Shown piece after piece: positions 63,815 to 64,000 of a stretch of DNA of 64,000 nt (position 1 is its first letter; each line of letters starts with the position of its first letter). A program made the translations under genes and the position numbers. The notes below the pieces were generated by a model. That model saw nothing but the letters and a program-made list of their open reading frames with translations, was not told the DNA's origin and did not search any database. The stretch comes from Stegostoma tigrinum (lineage: Eukaryota): the NCBI RefSeq assembly GCF_030684315.1, contig NC_081354.1, positions 148,262,730 through 148,326,729 on the forward strand, written 5' to 3'.

Positions 63815-64000
63815 ATCAGAACATGAGAAATAGGATCAAAAATGGCCCCTTCAGCACTTCACATCTGCCCCTCAATTCGCTAAGATCTTGGCTGATCTGC
63901 TTCAAGCCTTCCTTTGTTCTGGCACTGCTCAGCCCTTAACACCCCAATTATTCAAAAATTCTATATCGTTTGTCTTTAAATGTCTCCAGTGATCTAGCCT
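63815..64000 (-). mobile_element. CR1 3' end (runs off window end)
   Basis: agaacatgagaaatagga...ggccccttcagc...gatcttggctgatctg, same layout as the 2225 and 26560 copies. Confidence 0.65.

Overview
AT-rich vertebrate non-coding DNA (large intron or intergenic region), almost certainly from a cartilaginous fish. This is inferred from the repeat families: CR1 LINEs, L2/Crack-like LINE ends, HE1/V-type and Deu-type tRNA-derived SINEs; I could not determine the species. No host protein-coding exon, rRNA, true tRNA or CRISPR array is supported. Nearly all recognisable ORFs are retroelement fragments or their antisense shadows. The most striking content is a dense set of Penelope-like elements (PLEs) from at least five families. 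They carry minimal hammerhead-ribozyme motifs (CTGATGA-stem-GAAACGTC), 11-17 bp target-site duplications, fold-back (inverted) architecture and an optional ~33-nt terminal tail. In one copy (54396-55176) that tail is replaced on both ends by a different 33-nt sequence in inverted orientation. Also present are multi-level nested insertions, a solo LTR, a degenerate Harbinger-type Myb/SANT gene and a Gypsy-like gag remnant. Family names come from motif recognition, not database searches, and boundaries of old repeats are approximate.
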